From an uncultured Methanosarcinales archaeon (GTDB taxonomy: Archaea; Nanobdellota; Nanobdellia; Woesearchaeales; GW2011-AR9), in assembly GCA_964344235.1 (NCBI GenBank), contig CAYFMJ010000001.1, forward strand, positions 32,001 through 96,000: a DNA stretch of 64,000 nt, written 5' to 3'. Positions 38,222-46,899 of this stretch are shown piece after piece (within the stretch, counting starts at the first letter, position 1; each line of letters opens with the position of its first letter). A model generated the notes under the pieces. That model ran no database searches and was not told the DNA's origin. It was given only the letters and a program-made list of their open reading frames with translations. The position numbers were made by a program, and so were the translations under genes.

Positions 38222-38238
38222 TGATGTCTCTTTAGGTT

Positions 38239-39360
38239 ATGCCACAAAAAGTAACGCCTTGGGAAGTGCAAGGAAATATTGATTATAACAAGTTGATAAA
38301 AGAGTTTGGAGTTTCCAAGGTTGATAAAGCGTTGATGAAGAGAATTGAAAAGAAAGCCGGGTCACTTCATCATTTACTGCGTAGAGGAATTTTTTTTGCA
38401 CATAGAGATTTGAAGTTTGTTTTAGATGAGTATGATAAAGGTAACAAGTTCTTTTTGTATACCGGGAGAGCACCCTCCGGGCCAGTTCATTTGGGCCATC
38501 TTGTCCCGTGGATGTTTACAAAGTGGTTACAGGATGCGTTTAATGTAGAGTTGTATTTCCAATTTCCAGATGAAGAAAAGTTTCTGTTCAAGAAAGGGTT
38601 GAGCTGGGAGGATAGCCAGAAATATTTACATGAAAATATGTTAGATGTGATCGCACTTGGTTTTGACCCGAAGAAAACGCATTTTATTATTGACACAAAA
38701 CATGCGAACTTAATGTATCCTGAAGCGTTGAAAGTGGCGAAGGGAATAACATTCTCCACCGTCAAAGCGGCATTTGGGTTAAAGAATGAGAGTAATCTTG
38801 GACAAATTTTTTACACTGCTATGCAAGCTGTTCCTGCATTCTTACCGAGTGTGTTGAAGAAGAAGAAAATCCCGTGTTTAATTCCGCATGCCATTGACCA
38901 AGACCCACATTTTAGAGTGTCACGAGACGTGATTCCAAAGTTAGGGTATTACAAACCGGCATCAATTCAATGTCGTTTCTTGCCAGGGTTAGCTGGAATG
39001 GAAACTGACGGCAAGATGTCTTCCTCTATTGAGCACACCGCGATTTATACAACAGATGATGCAAAGACTGTTAAGAAGAAAATTAACAAATATGCGTTTT
39101 CTGGTGGTGGAGTAACGGTAGAGGAACATCGTAAAAAAGGCGGTAAACCGGAGATTGATGTAGCGTATCAATGGCTAACGTTTTTTGAAGAAGATGATAA
39201 GAAGCTAGAGAGAATCTACCGTGATTACAAATCAGGGAAATTGTTGAGTGGAGAATTGAAAGCAATTTTGATTGAGAAGTTGAATGCTTTCTTAGCGGAA
39301 CATCAAAAGAAACGGAAAAAAGCTGCAGCGAAAATTGACAAATTTATTCTGAAGGGGTAA
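38239..39360 (+). CDS. trpS: Tryptophanyl-tRNA synthetase (archaeal type)
   Basis: VTPWEV.G.IDY.KLI.EFG, YTGRAPSG.VHLGH, AIDQDPHFR, KMSSS. Confidence 0.96.
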   Translation: MPQKVTPWEVQGNIDYNKLIKEFGVSKVDKALMKRIEKKAGSLHHLLRRGIFFAHRDLKFVLDEYDKGNKFFLYTGRAPSGPVHLGHLVPWMFTKWLQDAFNVELYFQFPDEEKFLFKKGLSWEDSQKYLHENMLDVIALGFDPKKTHFIIDTKHANLMYPEALKVAKGITFSTVKAAFGLKNESNLGQIFYTAMQAVPAFLPSVLKKKKIPCLIPHAIDQDPHFRVSRDVIPKLGYYKPASIQCRFLPGLAGMETDGKMSSSIEHTAIYTTDDAKTVKKKINKYAFSGGGVTVEEHRKKGGKPEIDVAYQWLTFFEEDDKKLERIYRDYKSGKLLSGELKAILIEKLNAFLAEHQKKRKKAAAKIDKFILKG

Positions 39361-39414
39361 GCAAACCTTTAAAAACATGCGAAATATTCTTTCCGTAAAG
39401 AGGTGATAGAGTTT

Positions 39415-39645
39415 ATGGCTCGTAGAAAAGGCACGAAGCGTTCTCCACGAAAACGGCCACCAAAGTGGCATGCTGTTCCATTAAAAGGAAGTTTCATGGT
39501 GTTGGCAATTGTTGGGTTCTTTGTGAGTGCGTATATGGTATACCCCGCAAATAAGAGTTACGGTGTTGCGTTTCTCTTAGTATTTACGGCGATGTTTATT
39601 GCTTCCCTGATTAGTATGACAAAAGCACCAGTGATTGGACAATAA
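39415..39645 (+). CDS. Small 2-TM membrane protein
   Basis: Basic N-terminus, PLKGSFM, two TM helices; SD GAGGTG upstream. Confidence 0.7.
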   Translation: MARRKGTKRSPRKRPPKWHAVPLKGSFMVLAIVGFFVSAYMVYPANKSYGVAFLLVFTAMFIASLISMTKAPVIGQ

Positions 39646-39646
39646 A

Positions 39647-40087
39647 ATGGCAGAGAAACAATTACAGTGGACATTCCCGCAGAGGACTGTTAATTTTTTA
39701 CGGTTGGAGTTACTTGCAGTAGGCATTTTAGCAGTGTTAATTTTCATTGTAACATGGGTACAAGGAGAGAGTGCATTTTTCTCACTGATTATGGGCCTGC
39801 TGTTTGTTGGGATCTATTTTTTAGTATCGTTTGTTATTCAGCGGATCAGATCTGCAGAAGAGCAGTATAAGGCTAGTGGGACGCATCTTCAGGTAACAAG
39901 AAAAACTCGTTTTTCAACAAAGAAAGAGAAAGTGCATTTGAAGAAGATTCATCACCATAAATTAGATAGAGCATTTCTTGGTGGGTATGCATTAAGTCAT
40001 AAAGGCAAACACTTACTGTTTTTTAACAATACCAATGAGTTAGAGAAGTTTGATAAGCATGTTAAGAAACATGGAAAAAAGAAATAA
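39647..40087 (+). CDS. 2-TM membrane protein with basic C-terminal domain
   Basis: ORF in operon with the preceding gene. Confidence 0.65.
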   Translation: MAEKQLQWTFPQRTVNFLRLELLAVGILAVLIFIVTWVQGESAFFSLIMGLLFVGIYFLVSFVIQRIRSAEEQYKASGTHLQVTRKTRFSTKKEKVHLKKIHHHKLDRAFLGGYALSHKGKHLLFFNNTNELEKFDKHVKKHGKKK

Positions 40088-40387
40088 TTAGTGTTTGAAT
40101 TTCTTGTCGAACTTCTCTTTTGCTTTGTTCTCTTTCCAGAATACTTCATGAGAAGCTCTTTTTTCAAATAAAGCAATTGCCAATTGCGTGGTTGTTTCTT
40201 CTGTGTTAATTGCTTTCTTAATAGCAAGACTTTTCGCATCTTCTAGGCATTCTTCGAGGATCCGGAAGTTGGTTCTGCGACATGCTGCTTCAACTTGTTT
40301 CTCTTCTTCTTCAGTGAGATACATTTCTTCCCAAATTGGATACGAAGAGTCCGGTTTTGTCCGGGGAAAGGTCTTTGAGAAAGGCAT
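40088..40387 (-). CDS. Conserved-looking hypothetical protein
   Basis: MPFSKTFPR..P...YP.WEE..LTEEEE; start refined to 40387. Confidence 0.65.
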   Translation of the reverse strand: MPFSKTFPRTKPDSSYPIWEEMYLTEEEEKQVEAACRRTNFRILEECLEDAKSLAIKKAINTEETTTQLAIALFEKRASHEVFWKENKAKEKFDKKFKH

Positions 40388-40418
40388 AATAGTTTGAGAG
40401 AAGGATTCAATATAAACG

Positions 40419-40679
40419 TTATGCTTTCTTTTTTTGTTTTTGCAGAAATTGAGAACCTTGTGCAGTGATAGATACAACATGGGCCGCCCGGCCGTTTGAA
40501 GGATGTTTCTTTATGGTCTTAATGGTTACTTGGCCAAAATCCTGCAGTTCTTGACAATTGGCTTTAATTGTTCTATAACCCGTATTAACTTTACGTTCAA
40601 GAATGGCGTACGTCGCGGGTTGCTCCTGTAAGTGATGGAGGATATCCTTTTTTATGTTGTATGAAGAACGCTTGGACAT
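40419..40679 (-). CDS. Winged helix-turn-helix protein
   Basis: IL..L...P.TY..LERKVNTGY.TI...C.EL...G.V pattern. Confidence 0.7.
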   Translation of the reverse strand: MSKRSSYNIKKDILHHLQEQPATYAILERKVNTGYRTIKANCQELQDFGQVTIKTIKKHPSNGRAAHVVSITAQGSQFLQKQKKKA

Positions 40680-40734
40680 ACTGCAATATTGGTATAAAGC
40701 TTAAATATTACTACCGCACAAATTTGCAGTAAGC

Positions 40735-40863
40735 ATGGTGAAACTAATTGATTTGACGTGGTGGCTGGTCAAAAAGAAAATCTTGCCGCTTGACGTGTAT
40801 TTTTGGTTATATCAAAGGCAGTACGAGAAAGAATGGAGAAAAAGAAAGAGCGTAAAGGTGTAA
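40735..40863 (+). CDS. Candidate 42-aa basic/aromatic small protein (absent from ORF track)
   Basis: MVKLIDLTWWLVKKKILPLDVYFWLYQRQYEKEWRKRKSVKV; TTAAATA at 40701-40707 upstream. Confidence 0.35.
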   Translation: MVKLIDLTWWLVKKKILPLDVYFWLYQRQYEKEWRKRKSVKV

Positions 40864-40894
40864 TCTTTTTATAGTGCGGCGCGATTAAAGGAAT

Positions 40895-41629
40895 ATGCCA
40901 TCATTTTGGAGACACGTTAACAGAGTACTTGAGGAGGCAGACATAGTGATCGAAGTATTAGATGCACGGTTACCGGATGAAACGAGAAATAAAGAGCTGG
41001 AGCAAAAAGTTGAGAAATTAGGCAAGAAGTTATTGTTTGTGGTGAATAAGTGTGACCTTGTTGCCAAGAGTAAAGTGGAAAAATTGCGAAGAGGGTTGAG
41101 GCCATCTGTGTTTATTTCAAGCACTGAAAAATTGGGAACGACGATTCTTAAGAAAAAAATATTGGAATTATCACGGGGGAAAGATGTCATAGTTGGTGTT
41201 GTCGGGTATCCAAATGTTGGAAAATCGTCTCTGATTAATGCATTATCTGGTAGGAAAGCTACACGAACTTCTTCTGAAAGTGGCCATACGAAAGGTATGC
41301 AGAAAGTTCGCGTTGATGGTAGGATTGTGATTCTTGATACCCCGGGAGTGTTTCCGTTTAAGGAAAAAGATAGAGCAAAACACAGTAAAATTGGTTCCAT
41401 TGATTATAGCAAAATAAGAGACCCAGAGGAGGCTGCACTACATTTGATTAACGATGAGTGGAATGTTATTGTGAAACATTATGAGGTTTCGGGAGAGGAT
41501 GCTGAAGAGATTTTAGAAGAAATTGGAAGAAAGTTTAACAAGTTACAGAAAGGAGGAGTTGTGAATATTGAGGTAGCAGCACGTTTTCTATTACGGGAAT
41601 GGCAGACAGGGAAAATACAACTAAAGTAG
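40895..41629 (+). CDS. Circularly permuted ribosome-biogenesis GTPase (RbgA/YlqF family)
   Basis: EVLDARLP, NKCDL (G4) before GYPNVGKSSLIN (G1) and DTPG (G3). Confidence 0.92.
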   Translation: MPSFWRHVNRVLEEADIVIEVLDARLPDETRNKELEQKVEKLGKKLLFVVNKCDLVAKSKVEKLRRGLRPSVFISSTEKLGTTILKKKILELSRGKDVIVGVVGYPNVGKSSLINALSGRKATRTSSESGHTKGMQKVRVDGRIVILDTPGVFPFKEKDRAKHSKIGSIDYSKIRDPEEAALHLINDEWNVIVKHYEVSGEDAEEILEEIGRKFNKLQKGGVVNIEVAARFLLREWQTGKIQLK

Positions 41630-41688
41630 CAAAACTATTTTAAACAATTCTATCTTTCTTTGAAGTAATAAACTTTGAGGTGATTTTC

Positions 41689-42075
41689 ATGGGAGTATGC
41701 ACAAATTGTGTTGATAAGTATGGAGACTGGTTCTATTTCGTGTTTCGTTTATTAATCGGTCTACTGTTTTTCATGCATGGTTATGGAAAATTGTTTGGTG
41801 GAGAAGCTACTGGATTAATTTGGTGGGCAGGATTAATTGAATTGCTCGTAGGATTGGGAGTGTTCTTTGGGTTCTTTACCAGGTTAGCAGCGTTTGGCGG
41901 TGCGATTGTAATGCTAGTTGGGTATTTTATGATGCACTTTCCAATGGGCTGGAATCCGTTGCTTAATGAAGGACAAGCGGCAGTGTTGTTCTTTGCAGCG
42001 TTCTTAGTATTGATGCAGAGAGGAGCAGGTAAGTGGGCATTAGAAAGAGCTCTATTGAAGAAAGAAGTGTTCTAA
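41689..42075 (+). CDS. DoxX family membrane protein
   Basis: FRLLIGLLFFMHGY.KL, ELLVGL....G..TRLAA, GAGKWAL. Confidence 0.88.
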   Translation: MGVCTNCVDKYGDWFYFVFRLLIGLLFFMHGYGKLFGGEATGLIWWAGLIELLVGLGVFFGFFTRLAAFGGAIVMLVGYFMMHFPMGWNPLLNEGQAAVLFFAAFLVLMQRGAGKWALERALLKKEVF

Positions 42076-44261
42076 CTTCTTTCCTTTTTTTTATATTTTT
42101 TTTCCATTATTGAATTTATTTTTTCCGCAGTTTTTTGGCCGATGCCTTCTACCTCTGTAAGGTCTTCTGCAGTGAGGAGTGCTTTTATTGAGCCATACTG
42201 TTCCAGCAATTTCCGAGCTGTAGCAACGCCAATTGTTGGAAGAGAAGAAACGATAAATTCTAGCTGCTCATTGGTTGTTCTTGGTTTGTTAACGTGATAT
42301 GAAAAATCGCGTGATTTGTCTTGTTCACGTTTGGCCATAACGGCTAGCAGCGCTGCTGTGTCTCTTGCGTTTTTTGTGTATAAAACAGGGACGTGGAAGT
42401 CTAATGTTATAGATGAAAGCATGCCACGGATAGCGTTAGCGTGAACTTTTCGTACAGAATAAATATCTTCCTCACCTTCAATAATAACAACGGACTTTTC
42501 GAAATTATTTTTTAGGTGGCGGACTTGTTCGAGTAATCTTCCGTCAATTATGGAGGAAACAAAGTCGGGAACTTTCTTTAGTTCGACGCCTACTTTTCCA
42601 GAGACAACATAATCGGCAGATTCAAGTTGTGCCGTTTTGACGGAAACTCCGAGGTCAATTAATTCTTTGACAATGCGATTATTTTTTTCACGATGATCTG
42701 CTACTACTGCAACAACTTGCTCTTTTGGAATAAATGTTTGTAGAGAGGTGTTCTTTGTGGAGGGGGTGAGAGAGAATTCTTTTTTGAGTTTCTCCAAATT
42801 ACGGTACATTCGCTTTTCTTTATGATGAGAACTCCACCTATATCCTTCGTCGCGGGTTTTTTCTGTGACGAGGATGGTAACAGCACCCTCTTCTAATCGT
42901 CCTGTGCGGCCTCTCCTCTGAATAGCACGAATTGCTGAGGGAACTGGTTCGTAGAACATTACTTTATCTACTTTAGGGATGTCAAGGCCTTCCTCCGCTA
43001 CACTAGTCGCAACGAGAACATTAAATTTGTTGTTACGGAATTGATCTAAGATTTCTTTTTGTTGTTTTTGTGAAAACCCTATGCCATTTTTTTTTGTTTG
43101 ACCGACAAAGATGTGTGAGGGAATGGGGTGGAGTGTTTTAATGATTTGCTCAGCTGAGTCACGGAATTGTGTGAAGATAATGATTTTTGCATTTGGATCT
43201 GCAGTGATACGTTCCGAGGTGAGTTCTTTAAGTTTGAGAAGTTTAGGGTGTTGAATGTTTTTTTCTATAAGTTCCTCTGTCAGGTAGGCAGCTGCTTTGA
43301 AATTTTCGTCAAGTACAAGGTTTCTGACCGCTTTTACTTTCGAGGTCGTCGCTTCCTGCTTTAATTTGTTGCAATAGGAATGGAGAGGGTTGATGCCCTG
43401 TGTTTCCAATAATTCTATAGCGTGATCAACTTTCAGTGCTTCCGCAACTAATGAAACACTTTTGAGAATCTCAAAATCTTTGATGCCAGAAGATATCTTT
43501 TTCATCAATTCTCCCTGTAACCCAAGCATCTGCGTTTTTGTTAGATCAGAAGAGGAACAATAGCCATAGCCCATTGCCTGTAGAAGTTTTGATTTTCTAC
43601 AATCTTGCAGATATTTTTGAATTTTTTTGAACTCGTCGGGGAGAGGAACTTTTACCCATTGTTTCTTGATTGTTTGGACGTACGGTTTTACATCTGGGTC
43701 TTGTTCCGTTCGTACCTCAACTTTCTCGATATGAAGATTCGTGCAAACTTCTCTAATTTTTTCCATATCACTGCCAGGAGATGCGGTGAGAGCGAGGATG
43801 CGTGCGTACTTTGAACGCTTTTCGTATTGGTCAGCAATCCAGACATAAGAGTATTCGCCCGTTGCATGATGCGCTTCGTCAACTATTAGCAAAGAGGTTT
43901 CCGTTAAGTTGATGCGTTTATTGATTATGTCGTTTTCCAGCCCTTGGGGTGTTGAAACAATTATTTGGGAGGATTTCCAGAGGTCTGCACGTTTTTCTGG
44001 TTTTACAGAGCCGGTGAATAGGGAAATGTTTTCGTTCTTGAGATGGGTTTTGAGTGTCTCTACGTGTTGTTCACATAGCGGTTTTGTCGGGGCAAGCATC
44101 AGAATTTTTGATTGGGGGTATTGGTGTAGTCTTTGTGCGATGAGAAGGAAGGCAATGGCAGTTTTCCCTAAGCCAGTAGGAAGGACAACAAGTGTGTTTT
44201 TACTGACTGCCGTACCGAGGATTGTTTGTTGATAGAGCCTCGGGGTGAAGTTTTGAATCAT
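42072..44261 (-). CDS. hef: Hef/FANCM-like DEAH helicase fused to ERCC4 nuclease and HhH
   Basis: PRLYQ, LPTGLGKT, DEAH, LTASPG, ATSVAEEGLDIP, QRRGRTGR, then D.RE, ADY, ELKK and HhH GIGQKTA; start refined to 44261. Confidence 0.95.
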   Translation of the reverse strand: MIQNFTPRLYQQTILGTAVSKNTLVVLPTGLGKTAIAFLLIAQRLHQYPQSKILMLAPTKPLCEQHVETLKTHLKNENISLFTGSVKPEKRADLWKSSQIIVSTPQGLENDIINKRINLTETSLLIVDEAHHATGEYSYVWIADQYEKRSKYARILALTASPGSDMEKIREVCTNLHIEKVEVRTEQDPDVKPYVQTIKKQWVKVPLPDEFKKIQKYLQDCRKSKLLQAMGYGYCSSSDLTKTQMLGLQGELMKKISSGIKDFEILKSVSLVAEALKVDHAIELLETQGINPLHSYCNKLKQEATTSKVKAVRNLVLDENFKAAAYLTEELIEKNIQHPKLLKLKELTSERITADPNAKIIIFTQFRDSAEQIIKTLHPIPSHIFVGQTKKNGIGFSQKQQKEILDQFRNNKFNVLVATSVAEEGLDIPKVDKVMFYEPVPSAIRAIQRRGRTGRLEEGAVTILVTEKTRDEGYRWSSHHKEKRMYRNLEKLKKEFSLTPSTKNTSLQTFIPKEQVVAVVADHREKNNRIVKELIDLGVSVKTAQLESADYVVSGKVGVELKKVPDFVSSIIDGRLLEQVRHLKNNFEKSVVIIEGEEDIYSVRKVHANAIRGMLSSITLDFHVPVLYTKNARDTAALLAVMAKREQDKSRDFSYHVNKPRTTNEQLEFIVSSLPTIGVATARKLLEQYGSIKALLTAEDLTEVEGIGQKTAEKINSIMEKKYKKKERS

Positions 44262-44282
44262 AGAAGTTCGAGGAGGAGTGGT

Positions 44283-44312
44283 TATATAAGGGTTATGTGT
44301 GGTTGTCGAGTG
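44283..44312 (-). promoter_or_regulatory. Conserved box + TATA promoter of hef
   Basis: CACTCGACAACC-N11-TTATATA (preceded by CCACTCCC); ATG begins 22 positions after the last TATA base. Confidence 0.75.
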
Positions 44313-44355
44313 GGGGAGTGGGATGTTTTTTATAGAAGTGGTGTTTTGAGAATAC

Positions 44356-44874
44356 ATGAAAACGATTATCTTAGTATGTGGGGTGCCAGGCGTTGGGAAA
44401 ACTTTTGTGAGTCGGAAGCTTGTTGGTGCTGTTGAGAATTGTTATTTATTGGATTCAGATGAATTTTGGACAATCCATGGTAGCAAGTACAATACAAATG
44501 ATGAGGAAAGTACGAGGGAAGCGTTCCGGATTAGTTATATCACACTGAAAACAAATGTTACGAAAGAATTGCTAGAGAAGTATGACGTTGTTATTGTTGA
44601 TGGTATTTTCACACGAAAAAGCGATAGGAAAATATTTTATGATTTTGCAGAAAGAGAAGGTTTTGCTGTGAAAATTATTCGGGTTGTGTGTTCCCCAGAG
44701 GTTGTTGAAGAAAGAATTAGAAAGCATACAGATCACGTTTGCGATCCAGAGGACAGGATGAAAGGGTTCCATCGCGCATCGAAGAAGTGGGAGGAGATTG
44801 AGCGAGAACACGTCGTTATTGATTCTAGTAAAGAAATTGATATCGTGAAGGTGGTAGAGCAATTAGGATTGTAA
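44356..44874 (+). CDS. P-loop kinase (AAA_33 family)
   Basis: GVPGVGKT, LDSD, VIVDG.F, V.C..EVVEERI.. Confidence 0.8.
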   Translation: MKTIILVCGVPGVGKTFVSRKLVGAVENCYLLDSDEFWTIHGSKYNTNDEESTREAFRISYITLKTNVTKELLEKYDVVIVDGIFTRKSDRKIFYDFAEREGFAVKIIRVVCSPEVVEERIRKHTDHVCDPEDRMKGFHRASKKWEEIEREHVVIDSSKEIDIVKVVEQLGL

Positions 44875-45483
44875 GACTGGCTTTTTTGAGCTAACTTTCC
44901 TATACACCTGCCAACCAACCATCAGAATAGCAGAGATACCATAAATCCACCATACTATTTGTAAGAAGCCAGCTTGAAGGTGGGAGCCGAGATTAAGACT
45001 GTGAATCCATACTAAGAAGAAACCGATGTAACTTACCCATTCGAAGAAAGGAATGAGTTTGTGTAAAGGTTTGATTCGCATAACTAATTCGAAGAGGATG
45101 AAAATAGTGAAAGCGATGAGTGCGAGGATGATGAAGATAGCTTGTGTTGGAGCTACAAGGTCAAAGAGACTTTCGAGTGGTAAGAGATTAGCGGTTTGCC
45201 ATTGAGCAATTGCTGCCAGCAAAGGATGGGAGACAAATAAAATGAGAACCGCAACTCCTGTCCAGGCAAAGAATCTGTCAATAGAAAAATATTTCTGAAA
45301 GTGTTGTTTGAATGTACTTACTGTTATTTGCGTCCACATGACAGAAAATGCGAGTAAGCCAAGTGGTGGGAAAAGTAAGTAGAGGGAGAAAAATGAAAAA
45401 TCCCACCCAAAACTGGAACCCCACACAAAGAGGGGTAGGAGTAGTACTACAACAAATAGTGTTAAAAGAAGTTTCTTATTCAT
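44863..45483 (-). CDS. Ferric-reductase-like transmembrane protein
   Basis: Six TM with His residues in SHPL and WIHS...GSHL at heme-ligand-like positions. Confidence 0.55.
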   Translation of the reverse strand: MNKKLLLTLFVVVLLLPLFVWGSSFGWDFSFFSLYLLFPPLGLLAFSVMWTQITVSTFKQHFQKYFSIDRFFAWTGVAVLILFVSHPLLAAIAQWQTANLLPLESLFDLVAPTQAIFIILALIAFTIFILFELVMRIKPLHKLIPFFEWVSYIGFFLVWIHSLNLGSHLQAGFLQIVWWIYGISAILMVGWQVYRKVSSKKPVLQS

Positions 45484-45778
45484 CGGGTAAATCTTGTCTG
45501 CCAGTAATGGTGATGATATTGTTGTCTTTGGAAAGGGTTACTTCGTTAAGGTTGTTGATAACAATGTCATTGCCCATCAAATAATAGGAAACGTTTCGTA
45601 ATTCGTGAATTCTAATTTTTTCAACGTCAGGTATTTCAAGCACCTCAAATGGTACTTTCGCTTTCAAATGGGGGTTGTTTTCAGTGAATAAGCCAATAAA
45701 CGCTGTCTTAAAGCCATCTTCGTGTTTTCGTGGTTTTCGGCTGATGGTGATACTTTTTGCGTTGAATGTTTTCTCCAT
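45476..45778 (-). CDS. Hypothetical protein
   Basis: 100-aa ORF in a tight operon. Confidence 0.65.
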   Translation of the reverse strand: MEKTFNAKSITISRKPRKHEDGFKTAFIGLFTENNPHLKAKVPFEVLEIPDVEKIRIHELRNVSYYLMGNDIVINNLNEVTLSKDNNIITITGRQDLPDE

Positions 45779-45781
45779 ATT

Positions 45782-46123
45782 TCACTTCACGAAGTTCTCA
45801 CTTTTAAATATTCCGACAATTTCTTTCAGATGGAGGTAGTAGGAGATGCCGAAACCAAGAGCGAAGAACACCAGCGTCCAAAGTCGGCTCGTCCAGATAT
45901 TGCCGATGATGTAACCAAGCAGAAAACCGATTATGATGAGAATGAATGGGAGAATTGGTTCTGTTTGATGTTTAAGATAGTAAATTCTGCCTGCAACAAG
46001 GCCTGCCAGGAAGACAGAAATGTAGCTTAAGGTAGGACTTTTGATGAGAATTGAGGTGATGAAGCCAATAATGATGAATGTAATTGCAAATGCTTCTGCC
46101 CACTGTTCGTCCCACTTAATCAT
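45782..46123 (-). CDS. 4-TM membrane protein
   Basis: Hydrophobic ORF in operon. Confidence 0.7.
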   Translation of the reverse strand: MIKWDEQWAEAFAITFIIIGFITSILIKSPTLSYISVFLAGLVAGRIYYLKHQTEPILPFILIIIGFLLGYIIGNIWTSRLWTLVFFALGFGISYYLHLKEIVGIFKSENFVK

Positions 46124-46857
46124 TTGTCAGACCCCGTGATAATGTAGATTGCACCAGCAATAGAGCCAAGGACAATGGCAATGATAATACCTGCTTTCGT
46201 TCCTGTAAGTAAGAGGACGGCTGCAAGAACAACCGTTGCAAGTGCTGTGTAATAGAGCCATCGTCGCGCGTAGAAGATTTTTAACCCATCCAACTGTGGG
46301 AATGGAAGTAATGAAGTGAAGGCCATAATCATGTTTAATTGTAACCCTTTGCTAAAGAAATAACTTTCTGGGACTGCGAGAAGCCCAATGCTAAAAAGGA
46401 TTGCTAAGATGAGGTTTCCAAAGATACCCCACATGCCAATAAAAGCTTCATTGCCCATGGAATGGCCATACCGAAATTCTCCTAGACGTTGTTTAACCAT
46501 AAATGAAGTTACCATGCCACCGATGATAACCAAAGGAATATTCCCAAAGCTGAGAAATGCGATTAACAGGGCGCCCACTAAACCTGCCCACCATACTTTA
46601 AATTCTGCTTTGTACCCTTCATTTACCGCGTAAATTTTCTGGCAAGAGATTCTAAACCAGAACGAGATGAGAGCGATGATTGTGACTAAGAAAAGGTTAC
46701 GGAAACCAATCGCTGCATCAAACACGTCAGTACCCCAATCTTTAAATGAAAAGATAAGCGCAGTCACAAGAATAGCAATAATTAAACCAGAAAGTTCTTG
46801 TTTACTAAAACGATAAAAGTCTTTGATACGTGAAAAGAGTTCTTGGTAGTGTCCCAT
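46120..46857 (-). CDS. Site-2 protease (M50)-like membrane protein lacking HExxH
   Basis: C-terminal N...AF.SLLPFPQLDG.K matches the S2P NLLP.PPLDG motif; RISCQ sits where HExxH is expected. Confidence 0.65.
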   Translation of the reverse strand: MGHYQELFSRIKDFYRFSKQELSGLIIAILVTALIFSFKDWGTDVFDAAIGFRNLFLVTIIALISFWFRISCQKIYAVNEGYKAEFKVWWAGLVGALLIAFLSFGNIPLVIIGGMVTSFMVKQRLGEFRYGHSMGNEAFIGMWGIFGNLILAILFSIGLLAVPESYFFSKGLQLNMIMAFTSLLPFPQLDGLKIFYARRWLYYTALATVVLAAVLLLTGTKAGIIIAIVLGSIAGAIYIITGSDK

Positions 46858-46899
46858 TACACTGAAAAAGAGAAGTTGAAGTATTTAAAGGGTTTGATT

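Noticed and set aside
44262-44282. AACCAC-like tract just downstream of several TATA boxes (also near 3670, 54010, 58610)
   Set aside because: It occurs before functionally unrelated genes, so it is most likely general core-promoter composition rather than a specific regulon.
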